From assembly GCA_047967505.1 (NCBI GenBank), contig CM106538.1: a DNA stretch of 64,000 nucleotides. One strand, 5' to 3'. Position numbers and translations under genes: made by a program. Below, in pieces: positions 36,398 to 49,938 of this stretch. How positions within the stretch are numbered: the first letter of the stretch is position 1; every line of letters starts with the position of its first letter. This DNA is from Dipteris shenzhenensis. Taxonomy: Eukaryota. Below the pieces are notes generated by a model that worked only from the letters and a program-made list of their open reading frames with translations, ran no database searches and was not told where the DNA came from.

Positions 36398-37708
36398 GCA
36401 GGGTTCCGAGGCTTTTTGTCACCTACTGCTTTCGTAGGAAGAGCTGGGTATTCTATGTTGCAGGGTTCCGAGGCTTTTTGTCACCTACAAATATATTGGG
36501 TTTGTCGTTGTAGTATATGTGTAGCTTAGGACCTCGAGTCGTGTTCCGGTGAGAGACGTAGGCTTAAGTGTGGTGAGTAAACAAAATACAAGCATGTGTA
36601 AAAGGCACGTAAACCATTGTTGTTGGGGTAATGAAGGCTTTCGCCTTCATTGGGGGTTGTAGGGTTTAGGAGGAGTTTAAGAGTTCAGAAGGAGGTTCCA
36701 GGGTTTAGAAAGAGTTCAAGGGTTCAGAAGGAGGATCCAGGGTTTAGAAAGAGTTCAGGGTTAGAAAGAGTTCTAGGGTTTAGAAGGAGGTTCCAAGGTT
36801 TAGAAGGAGTCCAGGGTTAGAAGGAGGGTCCAAGGTTCAGAGTAGAGTACATGGTGGAGAACTCGTCTCCCTCGTAGATCATGGAGTTTAAGGGTTTAGG
36901 AAAGCATAGGAGTGGGAGAGGAAGAAGGTGTAAGAGCATGGGTGAAGGAAGAGAGAGAGGAGGAAGGAGGAGGAGGGAAGAGGAGGAGGGAGAGGGAGGA
37001 GAGAGGAGGAGGAGGAGGAGGAGGAGGAGGAGGAGGGAGCAGGAGAAGGAGGAGGAGGGAGAAGGAGGGAGGAGGAGAGGGAGAGGGTGGGTTGCAGGGT
37101 TGGAGGAGAGGGGAGAAGGGTTGCAAGGTTAGGACATGCTTTTGGACGTGCAGTGCAAGGAAGCATGGACACTTGAGACAAATGCTTGGAATACCAATGT
37201 AGACTCAACACAATGCCCCAAGAGTGTGGGCTTCATTCCATTATGGGGTATTTATACAAGTTGGAGAGCTTCTCTCTCTGCATGTAACACAAAGTCGTAT
37301 CACAAAGTTGTAACACAAAGTTGTATCAAAGTTGTAACACAAAGTTGTGTCACAAAGTCATAACACATTCTCTCTCTTCTTGTAGAAGTTGTGACACAAA
37401 CTTGTAACACAAAGTTGTTACACAAAGTCGTAACATAAAGTTGTGTCTAGAAGTTGTAACACAAAGTTGTGTCACAAAGTTGTATCACAAAGTTGTGTCA
37501 CAAAGTCGTAACACATTCTCTCTCTTCATGTAGAAGTTGTAACACAAACTTGTAACACAAAGTTGTTACACAAAGTCGTAACATAAAGTTGTGTCTAGAA
37601 GTTGTAACACAAAGTTGTAACACAAAGTTGTATCACAAAGTTGTATCACAAAGATGTATCACCTTCTCTTTCTTCATAAGTTCATGTTGGCACAGAGTCA
37701 ACAATGAG

Positions 37709-39465
37709 GAACTTGGGATTCCTTCTGTTGTTACACCTGGTGCAAGGAAAAGCAGGCATGATTTAAAGACTCCTGCAACTGATCCAGTTGTACGGAGGTC
37801 CACTCGTATTAAGTATCCAGTTGACAGGCTGAGATATGATGGGTATACAGCACATCACTATGCTTATATGGTCAAGGTTCTAGAGGACCCAGAGCCCACA
37901 TGTTTTGAGGATGCAGCAGGGCATAAAAATTGGGAAGCAGCTATGGATGAAGAGATGGCTGCCTTGGATGCAAACCACACTTGGGATTTGATGCCTTTGC
38001 CTCATGATAAGAAGGCTATTGGCTGCAAGTGGGTTTACAAAGTAAAGCACAATGCTGATGGGTCTGTTAGCAGGTACAAGGCAAGATTGGTTGCCAAAGG
38101 TTTTGCGCAGACATATGGAATTGACTATGAGGAAACTTTCAGCCCAGTTGCAAGGATGGCAACCGTGAGAGCAGTAATTGATATGGCTGCTACAAAGGGA
38201 TGGTCTTTGCATCAGATGGATGTGAAAAATGCCTTCTTGCATGGTGATTTGCAGGAAGAGGTTTATATGATGCAGCCAGAAGGTTATGAGGATAATTCAC
38301 ACCCCGATTTTGTATGCAGGTTGCGCAAAGCCTTGTATGGCTTAAAACAGGCGCCGAGGGCATGGTCAGACAAGATAGAGCAATATCTTGTCACTATTGG
38401 ATTTCAGATTTTTCACTTTATGTGAAAAGGACAAACAGAGGGATTGTGCTTGTAGTCATCTATGTTGATGACTTGATTATTACAGGTGATAGTGATGCAG
38501 ACATTAATGAAGTGAAGCTGCTTTTGAAGCAAAAATTTGAGATGAAGGATTTGGGAGAGCTGCGTTACTTCTTGGGCATTGAGGTTATTAGATCCCCGAG
38601 TGGGATATGGCTGTTGCAAAGGCAATACGGTTTGGACATGCTGTCCAAATATGGGATGACAGGCTGTAAGCCTATCTCTGTTCCATTGGAGTAGAATGTG
38701 AAGCTCAATGCAGAGACAGGTGAGCTTCTTGAAGATATTACTATGTACAGGCGCATAGTAGGTAGCTTGATTTACATGACTATAACCAGACCAGATTTGA
38801 GCTATGCTGTGGGGCTGGTGAGTCAGTTTATGCAGGCACCAAGGAAGCCACATTTGGATGCGGCTAGGTGCATACTGCGGTATGTGAAGTCCACATTGCA
38901 TTATGGACTGTTTTATGAAGCTGGGTGTGCATTACAGGTACATGGATACACAGATGCTGACTGGGTTGGTAGTGTCTCAGACAGGAGATCTACTAGTGGT
39001 TTTATGTTTTCCCTTGGGAGTGGTGCCATCAGTTGGAGCAGTAAGAAGCAGCCAACAGTTTCCTTGTCGAGCACAGAGGCTGAGTACAGGGGTACAGCAA
39101 TGGCTGCATGTGAGGTAGCTTGGTTACGGAAGCTACTTGCAGATATGGGACAGTCAGTCCATGCAGCAGTTGTCATTCATTGTGACAACATTAGCAGCAT
39201 CATGCTTGCTAATAACCCAGTTTATCATGCTAGAACGAAGCACATTGAGGTGCATTATCACTTTGTGAGAGAGAAGGTTCTAGCTGCTGAGATTGATCTT
39301 GTCTATGTCAGCACTGAGGAGCAGGTGGCTGATATTTTTACGAAGGCATTGGGTACCGAGAAGCTTTGCAGATTTAGGAGCTTGCTTGGTGTACGTGAGA
39401 TGGATTTGAGCTTGAGGGGGAGTGTTGAGATATCAAGCTCTACCCCCGATATATCTCCTGGATGA
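37709..39465 (+). pseudogene. Copia D RT-RNase H; the reading frame ends inside the 3' LTR
   Basis: [36 protein letters not shown]; frameshift at ~38410 and TAG at 38692. Confidence 0.92.
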
Positions 39466-42400
39466 CTATCATTTATGTCACCGCCTATGTTAGTTGTACT
39501 CGTGGTGTAGTTAGACTACCACGTATGTTTTTGGTTTGGGTTCACATATGAACCACGTATTCTAGGGTTTGACATATAGGGTATTTCCCTCTTCTATTGT
39601 ATTGTTGTTGTGTGCAAAAGTGAAGAAAGGCTTCACCCTCCAACCTTGTGTCCTCTCTCTTTTGTGTGTTGTGAAGAAAGCTGCACTTGAGTCTCCTATC
39701 TCTCTCCCTTATTCTTTACATATGTATCCTTGACATAGCCTGAGGCATTCCCTTGAGGGGGGGTTTGATGGGATATCTCAAGGTGTATGCCTCAGGCACA
39801 CCTTGGTTTCTATGTGTGAGTGCTAGAGGCACAGTTAGGTGCCCACAAGCACAGTTAGGTGGTGGAGAGCCACATAGGATGATTGAGAGAATCTAGGAGC
39901 AGATTGAGGAGATGATTGTGGAGCTCTGAAGTCATCAGTGATGTCAGTGAGCATGTATGAGGTGCCTACTTAAGGACCTCACTCTTCTTCATTCCATAAT
40001 GCAAGTATTCTGAGTTTGTGTCCACTCTTTCCTTTCCTTTTAGTTTACCAACATTGATGCCCTTGGATGAGACAATATGTCCTAGTAACCTCCCTTGAGT
40101 GGCTGCAATGGTGCATTCATCAAGGTTGAGGTTGCCATTCGCATCATTGACCTTTGGAAGACCAACCTAACCTTCATGATGTGCTCCTTATGTGCCGAAA
40201 ATTTATAGAAATCATCTAAAAACAGCTCCAAGAAAACCCCCAAATAAGGAGCAAACACCATCTACATAAATCTTTGACAGGTAGCAAGAGCATTGATGAG
40301 GCCAAATGAAATTACTTTGAATGCAAAAGTCCCCCAGGGTGTGGCAAATGTGGTTTTAAGCACATCCTCTTTGGCAATTCTGATTTGATAAAACCCAAAG
40401 TAACCATCACAGAAAGTATACATCTCATGACCACTTACCTTCTCAAGAATGAGGTCTTGAAAGGGTAGAGGATGATGGTCCCTCTTGGTGGCCGCATTGA
40501 GTTTCTTATCATCGATGTAGACCCGCCACTTGTTGTTTTTACTTGGGGTGACTACCATTGGTGAAACCCATTCAGTATTGTGAACCGGAACAATAAACCT
40601 AGCTTCTGCAACTCTAAGTGCAAAGCGTCGGTCTGTAGGGGCCCTAATCTTCGATACTTCTAAGCCACTGGCTTAGCATTAGGTTTCAGCTCTATCTTGT
40701 GTTCTATGGCAGTCACATGGCGAAGGTGGTGGTAGCTACTTGCGAAGAGGTCAGGGAAACCTTTGAACATTTCTAGGAACTCATCTTTCTCACTCGGAGC
40801 GAGGTCTAGGGAAAGCATAGATTTAAGTTGTTGAGGACTAGCTGTTACCTTTTCTGTGGGTGGCAAGGTCGGAGACACCTCCATCATGTAAACTTCTTTC
40901 TTTGGGAACTCTTCCCCCCCATCTGAATCTTCCATTGACTCAAACATTGAGGATGAGAGAGTATCAGTGTCTTTCTCCTCTTCTTTTTCTGGTTCAATAG
41001 CACCTGGTTGCACTGGGATCTTCTCCTTTAAAGCACCAAAAGGTATGTGTCTCATCTTCCCAATAGTTGACTGCATCACTCTTTCTCAACCACGGTCTCT
41101 TGAGTATGGCTGGGTAACTCCTGCCTGTATCTTCAATTTCCACTACATAGAAATTGACGGTGGTGGTTAACCCATTGACAGTGATGGGCAAATCCTCAAT
41201 GACTTCCAGGGTGGCAAGTCATCGACCATCTGCTGCTACCTTGATTTGAGTGGAGAAATGCCTTGTGCATTTCAAATTCAACTTCTTCATAATACGGGGC
41301 ACCATGATATTACATGCAGCACCCCCATTAACACACACACTTTTGATACGACAATTATCTATGATAACATCTACTCTATGCAAGTGCCGATCAACTTCTT
41401 TAGAGATAGAAGTCTTCTCTCGTACCTTTCCCTTTTTCTTCCTTCTCCTTGTTGAGAGCCCTTGCTGCAACTCACGTCTCACCTTAGGGCTTAATGCTAT
41501 TAGTTGAGGAAGCGTGATGCTCAAAGACCGATGAGCAAGGTCTTGAATGACCGAATAGTCTTCTTTTGCCCTAATCCGATAGGTAAATAAGAGGGCGACC
41601 ACTTACTCTTGCCAGATCTTTGTCTTCTCTATTGATGGGCCTGCCATCTCAGCATCTGAGGGCTCTAAGAAGGACATCTTCTTCCTGGGGTGGCCTAGTC
41701 CACAATTTGGAGAGGGGTCCAAGGTGGTACAACTCTTCCCAAGGTCAAGGACCTCTACGTCAAAATCCGTGGTGCCTGATTCACCTAGAAGATTCACTCT
41801 TGGAATATTGGGACATTCGGTGCGATAATGACCCTTCTGGTGGCACTCATAGCATACAACATTGGCACGTTCTCTTGGAGGGTGATTGGCTTGATTTTTG
41901 ATGCCCACCATCTCAAGCCGAAGATCATTCAGGACCTTGGCTAGGTCATTGACTCCGGGTTCTTTAGCAGAAGGGGCCGAGGGAGAAGGAAGGAGGGGGA
42001 CCCATGGTGAGGCTCGGGAAATCTTCCAGGCGGAGGGTGAGGATATACACCTTGTTGAGGGTAAGCATCTAAGGGAGGACCATACATTTGAGGTGGAGGC
42101 GGTGGATACATCCCTGATGGGGGGTGGGGTTATGCCCCTGTGTTGGACCCCTCACGTTGTTGTTGCAAGAATTGAGGGAATTGTGGAGGGACAACCATCT
42201 TCTTTGAAGCGGGGTCAGACTGAAGGCGGAATTCATCACTTGCTCCTACTACAAAGTAGCCTAGCACATGTTGAGTCGTCCAGGAGCACGATCGCTCGAT
42301 CCACATAATGACGTGGCATCTCACCTTCTGATGACTACTTCAAGTTTGCCACCTGAAGATACACATTCTCTGGCTCCTCTTCTTTGCCGAAATACTCGAT

Positions 42401-42751
42401 CATAGCTACTGTCAACCTCGGTCAACTTTGGCAAACATCCTTAGCCTGCTTCTCATACCACACTTGAGCCAACCCTCTAGAAATGTGGGAAGAACCAACA
42501 ACCATCTATCTTTAGTAATAAGAAAGTTGAGATAAAGACAACGGTGCTTGAAGGCCACAAGATACTCATTTGGATTTTCTTCAACCTGACCACAGAACAC
42601 AGGAATGTCAACCATGCTTGGAAAATGGGAAAGAGAGATGAAATGAGGCTTATCTATTGGCAAACAATGGAAAGAGGTAGCTTGAACTGAAAGTCAGGTG
42701 AAGATACATCCACAAAGCACACATAGGCAAGGTAGGGTGTGACTGGTGTAT

Positions 42752-44492
42752 TGTGAAATTCTATATGGGATTCAACTAAATCTAGTGTACAATTAGTCAT
42801 TTGTGGTGTGCTCTCTAGTTGTGCCCTCTCTCCTCATCTCCACTCTTCTCCTCTCCTCTCTTCATATTTTGTCATGGTATCAGAGCAGCCTTGCCTTTCA
42901 CTGAGGCATTGTGATTCTTGAGAGAGTGAGAGTGATCAAGAGGATCGAGAGTGTTCTTGAGTGATTGTGAGGATTCACTTCCATTGAGAGAACTTCCACA
43001 TTGAAAGAAATTTTTGTCATACAATTCCGTCCATGTGAGAGAGAGAGAGTGTTCATTTCGAGAGAAAAGTGAGAGAATTTCAGGAGTTCTCTCTAAGGTT
43101 TAGTTCTCAATTTCTAATGTTCAGTCATGAGCATTTTGGTTCCTTTCGGGTCATGATAGCTTCTATTCTATAAAAGAGATGGAGAGATGCTCTAGTTGGC
43201 CTCTCTCCAATGCCCTCCATGGCCTACAAAGCCTAAGCTCCAGAGCACTTTAGGCTTCCAAGCTCCTTTGCCATCAACGCTATGGGCTCTTAAGCCAGTC
43301 TTGATAGCCATCGGTTTGACTTACCTCCACTGTGACTCATAGCACCTCCGATGGCCAACTAAAGGAGCTCCAAGGCTCTCTAGCTAGCTCCTTTGCTCAT
43401 GCCAATCTGCAAGGCACAACTCTCCACCCAGTATAGCTAACACTCCAAACGATCAATCCAAGAGCTCACAGCCACCCTCCTAGCATGAAAACGAGCAAAA
43501 GATGAGCAAAAGACTCTCTCTCTCTCAGTGCTTCCATCGACGCAGTAGCTCACAGCCACGACTAGACACATGCGGCACAGTACGAGATAACTCCTACGCC
43601 AAGCTAGCTCCAACGTGGCTCCTTTGACTCTACGCCAAGATCCAATTCCTTCATCGAACATAGAGTGCTCCCTCAACAACAGCTATGTACACAACCCATG
43701 CAAGCTCCCTGCTCCTCCAATTAACAATGACAGCCGGCCATCTTACGCCTTCTTAGCAACTTGTATAGAGAGCCAACGGACTGTTTCCTCTATCCAACGA
43801 GCTCCAGCTGCACATGCAACCTCTCCAACAAAGGAGATGGATTCTCTAAGATTCTGTCAAATCTACAAGATTTTGATTGCCCACGAAGAGACACGTGGCA
43901 TCTTCCTCATCCTCATTACAACCTCACCTCAAAAGGGTTGGATAAGGTTGGTAAAGTTTAACCACAGTTCCCTAATCAAGATGTGATCAATAGATTGCCA
44001 CATGGTAGCTTATCCACTGCCACATCAGCCTTATTTGACACATCATCACTGACATGTCAACAATGCCACATCACCAATGCCATGTCATTAGTGATGCATC
44101 ATGTCATCTGGCCACCTCATCTACCATGTTAATTGTGCCACATCATCTACCACATCACCTATGCCACATCATTTGCCATGTCATCTATACCACATCATCA
44201 TTGCCACATCATCTACTGACATCATCATCTGTGCCACCTCAGTAGTGCCACCTCAGTTGTCCAATCAGCACTGACCTCTCCAGGCACACATAGTGCTCCA
44301 CAGTCATTTCATGTGACCACTCCTGCCACCTCAACATAGGGCTTCACAGGCACACCTCTTGCTAGGCACAGTGCCACATCATCATTGCATGTGACCCATA
44401 GTGACACATCATCATTGAGCACCATTTGCACTCCTTTTGCCCCTCCACCTAGATCAAGTCGTATCTCTTGATCCAGGAAGAATTTGAGGGTG
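42752..44492 (+). mobile_element. Element K: non-coding LTR-derived element (LTR end at 42874, PBS-Met at 42875, CCACATCA-rich repeats ~43995-44420, PPT-like GAATTTGAGGGTGA); 3' LTR missing
   Basis: ...TTGTCA followed by TGGTATCAGAGC; no recognisable domains. The left boundary is tentative. Confidence 0.55.
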
Positions 44493-44510
44493 ATACGAAA
44501 AGGAAAGTCG

Positions 44511-47500
44511 CTTGTTTTTTTGTGCTCTACGCGTCGTCACATTGGACACACATTTTGGTGCAAGTTACACTCACATTTGAGCCTTGCCGACAACACCACT
44601 TCCTTCACACACATTCACTTCTACACCAATGCATCTGACCCAACACTTAAAAAGAACAAAAGAAAAGGAATTATTTGCTATTCTTTCATTGATCAATGGT
44701 TGGTATAAAAAAAGATCAGAGTAGACTAGATTGCCATAGAGGGGACACTTTGAATTTCCCCAAGTTGCCAATCTAAGCCATGCTTGAAATTCTCGACTAG
44801 TACCGACTCGGAGTCAGTCCATATGCTCACATATGGTTTCACATCATTACATTACCTGAAACCTTAAGCTCATCAATTCAGTGAGTAGACTTCATAGAGT
44901 ACAGAGGCATTGCAGATTGTTTCAGTGGGTAGATATCACTTGATTTCACACACACATGCCACCATTGTAAAGCCTATTTGTCTATCTCACGGCATCGTGC
45001 ACATCATTTCAGCCTTGTAAAGCCTCTTGGCTATTCCCGACATCATTGCCACAAGCCTTGTAATACAGATCAGATTTTATATATATATTGCATTTCTATC
45101 TTCATCGACAGTTTAGAGATTTCACTTGGTATAGTCAGTGTATTTGCAGTTGATTCATATAGAGGTTCTCATGACACTTTTGAGTACATTTCTTGCACCA
45201 TGTCTATGACTAGCAACCTCAATATAGAGGCATCCACTAAGTTAGACAACTCCAATTATGGTACATGGAAATACCGAATGGAGACCATTCTTGTACTTCA
45301 GGACAAATGGGAGTATGTCAATGGGTCTACATTGGACAATCCAGCCACCAGTAGCTCTATTCCATCTATTGTCACAACACTAGCAACGGCATCTACAGCT
45401 ACACAAATAGTTTTCGCACCAGTAGCAGATCCTGCCATTGCCCGAGCTCAAGCAGAATGGGATAAGAAAGACAAGTACGCCTATCATCTGGTCAAGCAGA
45501 ATGTGCAAGATGTCATGCTAGGACAGCTCAACATAGTCAAGACATCAAAAGAAGCATGGGATATGTTCGTAGCTCTCTACAAGTCAAAGAAAACATCCAG
45601 GATTCTCACCCTGAGAAACCAAATCAACCAGAGTTTCCGCAATAGCAGTGAAACAGGTCATGCTTCTGTACTCCACATAAAAGACTACAACAATCAATTT
45701 GCAGCAGGAGGAGAGACTATGAACCCCATAGAAATGGTTCAGTCATTCTAAATGGACTAGGAGAGGGATACGAGAATCTAGTTCAAAGTATTGCCATTCA
45801 ATGGCAAATTTTGACACTGGAAGAACTTTAGTCAGTCCTACTTGGTAAAGAACTCAGAACTCAGGCCATCCAAGCACATAAAGGTCATTCTAATGATCAA
45901 GCATTCATAGCTTTAGATAGAGGTAGAGGCAGAGGCAGAGGTAGATCACATTAGAAAAGTGGTCATCATCAACAAAGTCAAAGTCAGCATCAACATCAGC
46001 ATCAGCATCATCCTCAGCAGCATCAGAATCAACAAAGAGGAAATCATTCCAACTGAGGAAGATTTCAAGGATGAGGGAATGCATCCACCAATGTGTCAAA
46101 CATCCAATGCAAATACTGTGACAAGTTCAGACACTATGAAAGAGATTGCCGCAAGAAGCAGTACGACCAAGGCGGTCAGTCCAGTAGGAGGCAATTCCTG
46201 AGGCAGAGGAAATCATCGTGGTGGACATTCTAGTCACAGTCATTTTGCAAATGAAATGGGAATATGTTTCTTGCAAGGGAGGAAATGCATCAGACTGATA
46301 CATTGTATCTAGACTTTGATTTCAATCCCAAAGAGGATTTCAGCTATCAAGTGGACCAATGGAACAGGATCCCTAGTACATCGACAGTGGTGCATCATCT
46401 CACATGACAAATAATCAGGAATGGTTCATAGAAATGAAGCCATTAGAAGGTCAGAAAAATGTCATCTACACAGCAGACAATACACCGAATCCAGTTCAAG
46501 GGACAGGTGTTATCCCTATGAACAATTTCACTGGTACAAAAGGATTTGTGAAAGATGTGCTCTATGTTCCGAAGCTCAGCAAGAACCTCTTGTCAGTAGG
46601 TCAAATAACAAAACACAATTACAAAGTCATCTTCGATGGTGATGAATGCACTATCAAAGATAAATCCAAAAGATGTCAATGTTGAGATATTGAGCTCTAC
46701 TCGTGATATGCCAGGGTGACCGTTGTGCATTTATGTCACTGACTTATTAGCTGCAGATGCGGTTGGTACACTACCCATGAATAATAGCTAGATGACACCT
46801 ATCTTTATGTACTCTAGTTAGTGGCTCAGTTAGTATGCCACCTAGGTCAGTTGAGTCTGTTGGTTTGAGACCCACATATAAGGTTCATCTATTCCTTTTG
46901 TACTTAGAGAGAGTTCTTTTGGCTTTCACAACTAAGAAGAGGGAAACTATTTTCAGCCTCCACCTTTGTGTGTATTCCCCCATTGTGTATGTGAGAAAGC
47001 TGCAAGTGAGACTCCTTACTTCTCTTCCACTCTCTTCACATGGTATCAGAGCTCGGTTTGTGGTAAGGAGCTCAAGAAAGCAAACCAATTTCGTGGTGTC
47101 TTGGTAAGAGGATCAGTGTTGCTTTCCTTTTTCGAGTTTGGGTGTAAATCTCTGCAGGTAGCACAGTCGGAAAGTGCAAGAGTGCACTGTCTCAGATTGG
47201 GATGCCCTTCGGGTGTTTTTTTGTGCTCTACGCGTCGTCACATCGGACACACATTTTGGTGCAAGTTACACTCACATTTGAGCCTCGCCGACAACACCAC
47301 TTCCTTCACACACATTCACTTCTACACCAATGCATCTGACCCAACACTTAAAAAGAACAAAAGAAAAGGAATTATTTGCTATTCTTTCATTAATCAATGG
47401 TTGGTATAAAAAAAGATCAGAGTAGACTAGATTGCCATAGAGGGGACACTTTGAATTTCCCCAAGTTGCCAATCTAAGCCATGCTTGAAATTCTCGACTA

Positions 47501-49938
47501 GTACCGACTCGGAGTCAGTCCATATGCTCACATATGGTTTCACATCATTACATTACCTGAAACCTTAAGCTCATCAATTCAGTGAGTAGACTTCATAGAG
47601 TACAGAGGCATTGCAGATTGTTTCAGTGGGTAGATATCACTTGATTTCACACACACATGCCAACATTTTTCACACACACATGCCACCATTGTAAAGCCTA
47701 TTTGTCTATCTCACGGCATCGTGCACATCATTTCAGCCTTGTAAAGCCTCTTGGCTATTCCCGACATCATTGCCACAAGCCTTGTAATACAGATCAGATT
47801 TTATATATATATTGCATTTCTATCTTCATCGACAGTTTAGAGATTTCACTTGGTATAGTCAGTGTATTTGCAGTTGATTCATATAGAGGTTCTCATGACA
47901 CTTTTGAGTACATTTCTTGCACCATGTCTATGACTAGCAACCTCAATATAGAGGCATCCACTAAGTTAGACAACTCCAATTACGGTACATGGAAATACCG
48001 AATGGAGACCATTCTTGTACTTCAGGACAAATGGGAGTATGTCAATGGGTCTACATTGGACAATCCAGCCACCAATAGCTCTATTCCATCTGTTGTCACA
48101 ACACTAGCAACGGCATCTACAGCTACACAAATAGTTTTTGCACCAGTAGCAGATCCTGCCATTGCCCGAGCTCAAGCAGAATGGGATAAGAAAGACAAGT
48201 ACGCCTATCATCTGGTCAAGCAGAATGTGCAAGATGTCATGCTAGGACAGCTCAACATAGTCAAGACATCAAAAGAAGCATGGGATATGTTCGTAGCTCT
48301 CTACAAGTCAAAGAACACATCCAGGATTCTCACCCTGAGAAACCAAATCAACCAGAGTTTCCGCAATAGCAGTGAAACAGGTCATGCTTCTGTACTCCAC
48401 ATAAAAGACTACAACAATCAATTTGCAGCAGGAGGAGAGACTATGAACCCCATAGAAATGGTTCAGTCATTCTAAATGGACTAGGAGAGGGATACGAGAA
48501 TCCAGTTCAAAGTATTGCCATTCAATGGCAAATTTTGACACTGGAAGAACTTTAGTCAGTCCTACTTGGTAAAGAACTCAGAACTCAGGCCATCCAAGCA
48601 CATAAAGGTCATTCTAATGATCAAGCATTCATAGCTTTAGATAGAGGCAGAGGCAGAGGCAGAGGTAGATCACATTAGAAAAGTGGTCATCATCAACAAA
48701 GTCAAAGTCAGCATCAACATCAGCATCAGCATCATCCTCAGCAGCATCAGAATCAACAAAGAGGAAATCATTCCAACTGAGGAAGATTTCAAGGATGAGG
48801 GAATGCATCCACCAATGTGTCAAACATCCAATGCAAATACTGTGACAAGTTCAGACACTATGAAAGAGATTGCCGCAAGAAGCAGTACGACCAAGGCGGT
48901 CAGTCCAGTAGGAGGCAATTCTTGAGGTAGAGGAAATCATCGTGGTGGACATTCTAGTCACAGTCATTTTGCAAATGAAATGGGAATATGTTTCTTGCAA
49001 GGGAGGAAATGCATCAGACTGATACATTGTATCTAGACTTTGATTTCAATCCCAAAGAGGATTTCAGCTATCAAGTGGACCAATGGAACAGGATCCCTAG
49101 TACATCGACAGTGGTGCATCATCTCACATGACAAATAATCAGGAATGGTTCATAGAAATGAAGCCATTAGAAGGTCAGAAAAATGTCATCTACACAGCAG
49201 ACAATACACCGAATCCAGTTCAAGGGACAGGTGTTATCCCTATGAACAATTTCACTGGTACAAAAGGATTTGTGAAAGATGTGCTCTATGTTCTGAAGCT
49301 CAGCAAGAACCTCTTGTCAGTAGGTCAAATAACAAAACACAATTACAAAGTCATCTTCGATGGTGATGAATGCACTATCAAAGATAAATCCAAAAGATGT
49401 CAATGTTGAGATATTGAGCTCTACTCGTGATATGCCAGGGTGACCGTTGTGCATTTATGTCACTGACTTATTAGTTGCAGATGCGGTTGGTACACTACCC
49501 ATGAATAATAGCTAGATGACACCTATCTTTATGTACTCTAGTTAGTGGCTCAGTTAGTATGCCACCTAGGTCAGTTGAGTTTGTTGGTTTGAGACCCACA
49601 TATAAGGTTCATCTATTCCTTTTGTACTTAGAGAGAGTTCTTTTGGCTTTCACAACTAAGAAGAGGGAAACTATTTTCAGCCTCCACCTTTGTGTGTATT
49701 CCCCCATTGTGTATGTGAGAAAGCTGCAAGTGAAACTCCTTACTTCTCTTCCACTCTCTTCACATGGTATCAGAGCTCGGTTCGTGGTAAGGAGCTCAAG
49801 AAAGCAAACCAATTTCGTGGTGTCTTGGTAAGAGGATCAGTGTTGCTTTCCTTTTTCGAGTTTGGGTGTAAATCTCTGCAGGTAGCACAGTTGGAAAGTG
49901 CAAGAGTGCACTGTCTCAGATTGGGATGCCCGTCGGGT
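44511..49938 (+). repeat. 2.7-kb tandem duplication (units ~44511-47213 and ~47214-49938) containing Copia H leader/gag/protease plus the Copia G 5' LTR, PBS and leader start
   Basis: Near-identical ORF pairs (44978/47657, 46404/49128, 46835/49559); junction CGGG-TGT-TTTTTTGTGCTC. Confidence 0.95.
45200..46679 (+). pseudogene. Element H, 5' part: Copia gag-protease (second copy ~47924-49403)
   Basis: KLDNSNYGTWKYRME, zinc knuckle CKYCDKFRHYERDC, IDSGASSHMT, VLYVPKLSKNLLSVGQ. Confidence 0.88.

Larger units (their letters stand above)
26986..37703 (-). mobile_element. Element C: near full-length non-chromovirus Ty3/Gypsy (3' LTR 26986-28291, 5' LTR ~36422-37703), TSD ATGAG
   Basis: ATGAG at 26981-26985 and 37704-37708. 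Gag-PR-RT-RH-IN order on the minus strand; no chromodomain or extra RNase H seen. Confidence 0.96.
23564..39720 (+). mobile_element. Element D: full-length Ty1/Copia (LTRs 23564-23861, 39423-39720), interrupted by Gypsy C
   Basis: 298-bp near-identical LTRs; PBS-Met at 23862; PPT TTGAGGGGGAG; TSD GATGT/TATGT. Confidence 0.95.
21254..40053 (+). mobile_element. Element E: ~2.6-kb gag-only (TR-GAG-like) LTR element; LTRs 21254-21541 and 39766-40053; carries Copia D
   Basis: Near-identical 288-bp LTRs (TGATGG...CCAACA); PBS TGGTATCAGAGCC at 21542; PPT TTGAGGGGGGG; TSD TTGAC/TTGAT. Confidence 0.92.
20456..42750 (-). mobile_element. Element F: decayed Ty3/Gypsy gag-PR-RT-RH (42663 down to 40054, resuming 21253-20456), host of the E/D/C nest
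   Basis: gag DIPVFCGQVEENP, zinc knuckle CYECHQKGHYRTEC, protease VNGGAACN, RT DGYFGFYQI, RH YPVRFASRQ. Confidence 0.88.

Noticed and set aside
46680-49764. Apparent intact small LTR element carrying gag
   Set aside because: No PPT or TSD, and both LTRs are followed by a PBS; it is a product of the tandem duplication
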